From Cycloclasticus sp. 46_120_T64 (GTDB lineage: Bacteria; Pseudomonadota; Gammaproteobacteria; Methylococcales; Cycloclasticaceae): a stretch of 64,000 nucleotides of DNA. Below, in pieces: positions 59,429-64,000 of this stretch; the stretch's first letter is position 1, and the number at the start of each line of letters is the position of its first letter. Location of the stretch: positions 14,510 through 78,509 of the forward strand of contig MAAM01000013.1 in the NCBI GenBank assembly GCA_002162695.1. Reading direction: 5' to 3'. A program made the translations under genes and the position numbers. Below the pieces are notes generated by a model, which ran no database searches, was not told where the DNA came from, and worked only from the letters and a program-made list of their open reading frames with translations.

Positions 59429-60535
59429 CTAGTCCTCTAAGGACACGTGCTCCACAATCTCAATTCCAAAACCAGCCAAGCCACTAAACTTCGTTGGCTT
59501 ACCCAGTAGTTTTAATTTTTTAATGCCCAGCTCCGACAAAATTTGGCAGCCAACACCGACCGCACGCGAGTCTACCAACTGCTGTTCTGCGGTGCGGGTA
59601 ACACCCTTTTCTTTCAGCTCTTGATTATGAATAAATTCAACAATTGACTGATCATCTTCTTCGTTGCGAATAAGCACCAAAGCACCACGACCATCGGCAA
59701 CAATCTTTTCCATCATATCCGCTAACGGCAAGTGATGATTATCTTTTGATTGCAGCAAATCAGCCAAGGTACTCTTTGCGTGAACTCGAACCATCACCGG
59801 GTCATCGGTTACCACATCGCCATAGGTCAACGCCAAGTGCAATCTGTTATCAATTTGATCCTGGAATGCGTGCAACCTGAAATCACCAAACTTAGTTGGG
59901 TAATCACAGCTACTCACGCGTTCGATAGTTTTTTCGTTTTGAATACGGTAATGAATCAAATCAGCAATGGTGCCAATTTTCAGGTCGTGTTTTTCCGCAA
60001 ACACCTTCAAATCATCACGGCGCGCCATCGTGCCATCGTCATTCAAAATTTCCACAATCACCGCTGCTGGCTGACAGCCCGCTAAACGCGCCAAATCACA
60101 ACCCGCTTCGGTATGACCGGTTCGAGTTAACACCCCACCCGGCTGCGCCATCAATGGGAAAATATGCCCAGGCTGCACAATCTCTGTCGGTTTCGCATCA
60201 GGTTTCACCGCCGCCAAGACCGTTTTTGCTCTATCGGCCGCTGAAATCCCCGTTGTCACTCCTTCTGCCGCTTCAATCGAAACCGTAAAATTGGTTGAAT
60301 AAGCCGCTTGGTTATCGTTCACCATTAAGGGTAAACGCAGTTGATGACAACGTTCACGCGTTAACGTCAAACAAATTAAACCACGCCCATAACTGGCCAT
60401 AAAGTTAATATCTTCAGGCCTTACGTGCTCAGCAACCATCAGCAAATCGCCTTCATTCTCGCGATCTTCGTCATCCATAATAATAACGATTTTGCCCTGT
60501 TTCAGGTCATCAATAATTTCTTGTGTACTATTCAT
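59429..60535 (-). CDS. ribB: 3,4-dihydroxy-2-butanone-4-phosphate synthase fused to a degenerate GTP cyclohydrolase II-like domain (RibBX type)
   Basis: The N-terminal DHBPS domain is intact ([11 protein letters not shown]...GHTEA). The C-terminal half aligns with RibA but lacks the zinc cysteines: [20 protein letters not shown] versus E. coli VHSECLTGDALFSLRCDCG. Confidence 0.85.
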   Translation of the reverse strand: MNSTQEIIDDLKQGKIVIIMDDEDRENEGDLLMVAEHVRPEDINFMASYGRGLICLTLTRERCHQLRLPLMVNDNQAAYSTNFTVSIEAAEGVTTGISAADRAKTVLAAVKPDAKPTEIVQPGHIFPLMAQPGGVLTRTGHTEAGCDLARLAGCQPAAVIVEILNDDGTMARRDDLKVFAEKHDLKIGTIADLIHYRIQNEKTIERVSSCDYPTKFGDFRLHAFQDQIDNRLHLALTYGDVVTDDPVMVRVHAKSTLADLLQSKDNHHLPLADMMEKIVADGRGALVLIRNEEDDQSIVEFIHNQELKEKGVTRTAEQQLVDSRAVGVGCQILSELGIKKLKLLGKPTKFSGLAGFGIEIVEHVSLED

Positions 60536-60597
60536 ATTCTATTACTTGGCTTTTATTTGGCGACATTGTAGCCGATTCAAGCCAGCATCCATTTGTA

Positions 60598-61251
60598 TTA
60601 TTTAATAAAGCCGCTATTTTGCAACAAGGTTTCGTAGTCGACACTTGCTTCACTTTTTTTGCCGCCGATCATCAAGCGCTCTAAGTAACGCGCGATCACA
60701 TCAACTTCCAAATTAACCGAATCACCTTCTTGGCGGTCACCCAAGGTGGTCATCTCCAAGGTATGCGGAACGATATTGACCGAGAAAGACTCATCATCCA
60801 CGGTATTGACCGTTAGGCTAATACCATCAATACAGATCGACCCTTTTTGCGCCACATAACGGGCTATTTCAACGGGCATCGCAAAAGTAAAACGAACAGA
60901 ACGTGCGTCGGCCTTGCGTTCAATCAGCTTGCCAACCCCATCCACGTGCCCACTCACCAAGTGCCCACCTAAACGTGTTTGTGCTTGCAGCGCACACTCT
61001 AGATTAACCCGAGTACCCACCGCGGTATCACCGACCGTCGTGGTGGATAAGGTTTCATTTGAAACATCGGCAACAAATTGTCCTGAACTCAGCTCAACCG
61101 CGGTCAAACACACGCCGTTAACCGCGATACTATCCCCCAAGGCGGCATCGGCTAAATCCAAGCCCGCTGTTGCTACCGTTAAGCGCACATCACCTTGACG
61201 CTGCTCTACGCGTTTAATTTGTCCAATCGCCTGAATAATACCGGTAAACAT
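60598..61251 (-). CDS. ribE: Riboflavin synthase
   Basis: The 217-aa ORF begins MFTGIIQAIG and has two lumazine-binding repeats. Confidence 0.95.
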   Translation of the reverse strand: MFTGIIQAIGQIKRVEQRQGDVRLTVATAGLDLADAALGDSIAVNGVCLTAVELSSGQFVADVSNETLSTTTVGDTAVGTRVNLECALQAQTRLGGHLVSGHVDGVGKLIERKADARSVRFTFAMPVEIARYVAQKGSICIDGISLTVNTVDDESFSVNIVPHTLEMTTLGDRQEGDSVNLEVDVIARYLERLMIGGKKSEASVDYETLLQNSGFIK

Positions 61252-62367
61252 CTAAGACTCTCTCTTGATCTTGTATTTCAATTTAATATCCTGCCCCAAC
61301 ACATCCACCGTTAGTAACGCCAGCTGAACCTTATCGGCCAAGCGGTCAATACCTGTGATTTCAAATGCACTGCGGGCATCCACACCTAAAACACTCGGTG
61401 CCATATAAACAACTAACTCATCTAATAAACCCGCCTTCAGCAAGGCACCGTTGAGTACCGCCCCTGCTTCCAGCATCACACTATTAATAGCTTGTTCAGA
61501 CAACCATGCATTCACCGCAGCCAAGTCGACACGACCGTCATCATCACTAGGCAGCACAACCACCTGACAACCCGCTGTCCCCAAAGCCTGTATTTTTGAC
61601 TCATCAGCACAGCTCGTTAACACCGTCACTTCAGTATCCGTAGTGAGCAACGCGGCATCTAGCGGCATTCTCAATTGACTATCCAGCACCACAATTCGTG
61701 CGTGTTTTACCGCTAAACCGGCCAAACCATCGCGTGCGGTTAACCGCGGATCATCGGCTAATACGGTCGCAATGCCGGTAATAATCAAATCACTGCGGGC
61801 GCGTAAACGATGCACATCTTGACGGGATTCAGCCCCCGTTATCCACTGGCTTTCGCCCGAAGCCATTGCTGTTTTAGCGTCCAAACTCATCGCTACCTTG
61901 CCAACAATCAACGGCTTGCCGCTGATCATTTTATGACAAAACGCTTCATTCAAAACCTCGGCCTGTTGCTGCAATAAACCCACAGCCACTTCAACCCCAG
62001 CCTCACGCAAACGCTCCACACCTTGACCCGACACCAAGGGGTTCGGGTCCTGCATAGCCACCACCACACGAGCCAAACCAGCCTTTAATAATGCATCCGC
62101 ACATGGCGGTGTTCGACCGTGATGACTACAAGGTTCCAAGGTCACGTAGGCCGTTGCGCCACGCGCATTGTCCGCCGCTTCTGCCAGCGCATGCACCTCA
62201 GCGTGCGGTTCGCCCGCTTGACGGTGCCAGCCTTGGCCAATCACTTGATCATCTTTAACAATCACACAGCCCACACAGGGGTTAGGTTTCGCACTATATA
62301 GCCCTTTTGCCGCAAGCTCTAAGGCTTGCGCCATAAACAGCTGATCGCTAGCGCTAAACTCAACCAT
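61252..62367 (-). CDS. ribD: Bifunctional pyrimidine deaminase/uracil reductase RibD
   Basis: The 371-aa ORF has deaminase zinc motifs HAEVHAL and PCSHHGRTPPC, followed by a reductase domain. Confidence 0.95.
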   Translation of the reverse strand: MVEFSASDQLFMAQALELAAKGLYSAKPNPCVGCVIVKDDQVIGQGWHRQAGEPHAEVHALAEAADNARGATAYVTLEPCSHHGRTPPCADALLKAGLARVVVAMQDPNPLVSGQGVERLREAGVEVAVGLLQQQAEVLNEAFCHKMISGKPLIVGKVAMSLDAKTAMASGESQWITGAESRQDVHRLRARSDLIITGIATVLADDPRLTARDGLAGLAVKHARIVVLDSQLRMPLDAALLTTDTEVTVLTSCADESKIQALGTAGCQVVVLPSDDDGRVDLAAVNAWLSEQAINSVMLEAGAVLNGALLKAGLLDELVVYMAPSVLGVDARSAFEITGIDRLADKVQLALLTVDVLGQDIKLKYKIKRES

Positions 62368-62373
62368 GATTAT

Positions 62374-62868
62374 TTATCGCTTTTTAACGGCCTGTAGTAC
62401 TGGCGTATCTACAGACTTTTCTTTTTCCAATGCGTCAATCACTTCTCTAAACGCATTCACGTCTTCAAAACTTTTGTACACCGATGCAAAACGAATATAA
62501 GCCACCTTATCTAGGCCCTGTAGCTCATCCATCACCAATTCACCAATTTTCAGCGAGGGTATTTCACGTTCCCCTAATGACAGCAATTTCTTCTTGATTC
62601 GACTCAGCGCCGCATCAATGTTTTCACTATTAACAGGGCGTTTTTCTAAGGCACGCAATACACCCGCGCTTAGCTTTTCTTCCCAAAACGGCTCACGCAC
62701 ACCGTCGCTTTTGATCACTCGCGGTAAATTAAGTTCCGCCGTTTCAAACGTCGTAAAACGTTCTTTACAAGCAACACATTCCCTACGCCTACGCACGCTA
62801 TCACCCTCACCGGCAAGGCGAGAGTCAATAACCCGAGTATCGCTATCTCCACAAAAAGGACATTGCAT
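62374..62868 (-). CDS. nrdR: Transcriptional repressor NrdR
   Basis: The 164-aa ORF has a zinc ribbon (MQCPFCG...[12 protein letters not shown]) and an ATP-cone. Confidence 0.96.
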   Translation of the reverse strand: MQCPFCGDSDTRVIDSRLAGEGDSVRRRRECVACKERFTTFETAELNLPRVIKSDGVREPFWEEKLSAGVLRALEKRPVNSENIDAALSRIKKKLLSLGEREIPSLKIGELVMDELQGLDKVAYIRFASVYKSFEDVNAFREVIDALEKEKSVDTPVLQAVKKR

Positions 62869-62879
62869 CGAAAAAAGCC

Positions 62880-64000
62880 TTAGTCAGCGTAAACAGGTAA
62901 ACGTGTGCAAATAGCCAACACGCTCTGTTTGACCGTTTGTTGCACAGCTTCGTTCTCAACGTCGTCTAGGATGTCACACATCCAACCCGCCAAGTCTTTA
63001 CTGTCTTGCTCATTGAAACCACGTGTCGTAATCGCCGGTGCACCCAAACGAATACCACTAGTCACGAAAGGAGACTGAGGATCGTTAGGCACGGAATTTT
63101 TATTGGTCGTAATATTCGCTTTTTCTAACGCAGCTTCTGCCACTTTGCCAGTTAAGCCTTTATCCACCAAATCCACTAAAAACAAGTGATTATCGGTTCC
63201 GCCTGACACGATGTTGTAACCACGCTCGATAAACAAATCAGCCATCGCGCTGGCATTCACCTTAACTTGCTTTTGGTAAGTGGTAAATTCAGGTGCCAAC
63301 GCTTCTTTAAAGGCGACCGCTTTTGCCGCAATAACGTGCATTAACGGGCCACCCTGAGTGCCAGGGAAAACCATTGAATTAAGTTTTTTCTCAATTTCAG
63401 GGTTAGCCTTAGCCAAAATAAGACCACCACGTGGGCCACGTAAGGTTTTGTGTGTTGTTGAGGTGGTTACATCGGCAATTTGCACTGGGCTTGGGTATTC
63501 ACCCGCCGCCACTAAACCGGCGATATGCGCCATATCAACAAACAAATACGCACCAACAGAGTCGGCGATATCACGGAATTTCTGCCAATCCATCACACGT
63601 GAGTACGCAGAGAAACCAGCAACAATCATTTTTGGTTTATGCTCATTCGCCAAAGCTTGAATTTGCTCGTAATCCACTTCACCCGTTTGCTCATTCAAAC
63701 CGTATTGAACCGCATTAAAAATCTTGCCTGAAAAGTTAACCTTAGCACCGTGGGTTAAATGCCCACCGTGTGCCAAGCTCATGCCTAAAATAGTATCGCC
63801 TGCTTGTAACAACGCAAAGTAGACCGCCGCATTCGCTTGTGAACCGGCGTGAGGCTGCACATTCGCGTAATCCGCACCGAATAATTCTTTTACTCGATCA
63901 ATCGCCAATTGCTCAGCAATATCAACGTACTCACAACCGCCGTAATAACGTTTACCAGGATAACCTTCAGCGTACTTATTGGTTAGCATCGAGCCTTGAG
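62880..64000 (-). CDS. glyA: Serine hydroxymethyltransferase, C-terminal roughly 370 aa (N-terminus beyond the right edge)
   Basis: The ORF reads [22 protein letters not shown]...[15 protein letters not shown]. The open frame continues to the window edge. Confidence 0.95.
   Translation of the reverse strand, partial: QGSMLTNKYAEGYPGKRYYGGCEYVDIAEQLAIDRVKELFGADYANVQPHAGSQANAAVYFALLQAGDTILGMSLAHGGHLTHGAKVNFSGKIFNAVQYGLNEQTGEVDYEQIQALANEHKPKMIVAGFSAYSRVMDWQKFRDIADSVGAYLFVDMAHIAGLVAAGEYPSPVQIADVTTSTTHKTLRGPRGGLILAKANPEIEKKLNSMVFPGTQGGPLMHVIAAKAVAFKEALAPEFTTYQKQVKVNASAMADLFIERGYNIVSGGTDNHLFLVDLVDKGLTGKVAEAALEKANITTNKNSVPNDPQSPFVTSGIRLGAPAITTRGFNEQDSKDLAGWMCDILDDVENEAVQQTVKQSVLAICTRLPVYAD

Noticed and set aside
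59381-62879. Search for an FMN (RFN) riboswitch in the rib gene cluster
   Set aside because: The intergenic gaps are only 48 nt (ribH-ribBX) and 62 nt (ribBX-ribE), with essentially none elsewhere. That is too short for an RFN element of about 140 nt, and no conserved RFN core was seen.

Overview
This is a chromosomal window from a moderate-GC, polar-flagellated gammaproteobacterium. The gene order resembles Pseudomonas/Oceanospirillales-type genomes; I cannot name the species from sequence alone. About 85% is densely packed, strongly syntenic housekeeping DNA. It contains, in order: (1) the end of a flagellar cluster, fliK and fliL-M-N-O, on the minus strand, with two textbook sigma54 -24/-12 promoters. 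(2) The hfq block: queG / nnr-tsaE-amiB-mutL-miaA-hfq-hflX-hflK-hflC-DUF2065-hisZ-purA. (3) orn, an M48 peptidase, rsgA and a HIT protein. (4) ffs(SRP RNA)-dnaX-ybaB-recR. (5) A RegB/RegA-type redox two-component pair. (6) Monomeric isocitrate dehydrogenase. (7) uvrC-pgsA-tRNAGly-tRNACys. (8) phaR. (9) tRNAfMet-rimP-nusA-infB-rbfA-truB-rpsO-pnp. (10) glyA-nrdR-ribD-ribE-ribBX-ribH-nusB-thiL-pgpA. The less ordinary parts are these. First, three tandem FadL/TodX-family outer-membrane channel paralogs plus a decayed fourth copy lie convergent with an acyl-CoA synthetase-IcmF (fused isobutyryl-CoA mutase) operon that has a strong palindromic operator candidate. Second, a tandem pair of chemoreceptors has no periplasmic domain and carries a C-terminal cytoplasmic sensor-like domain; the first copy has a near-consensus sigma28 promoter. 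Third, a stand-alone degenerate GGDEF protein keeps the RxxD I-site but has lost the active site. Fourth, an orphan radical-SAM protein has a CX4CX2C cluster motif. Fifth, three poly-A slippery tracts in dnaX are each followed by nearby stops in both alternative frames. I saw no CRISPR array, IS element, integrase, prophage or recognisable defence module. I cannot point to a clear new multi-gene system. The FadL array with acs-icmF, and the chemoreceptor pair, are the best leads. All similarity statements come from reading the translations by eye, not from database searches.
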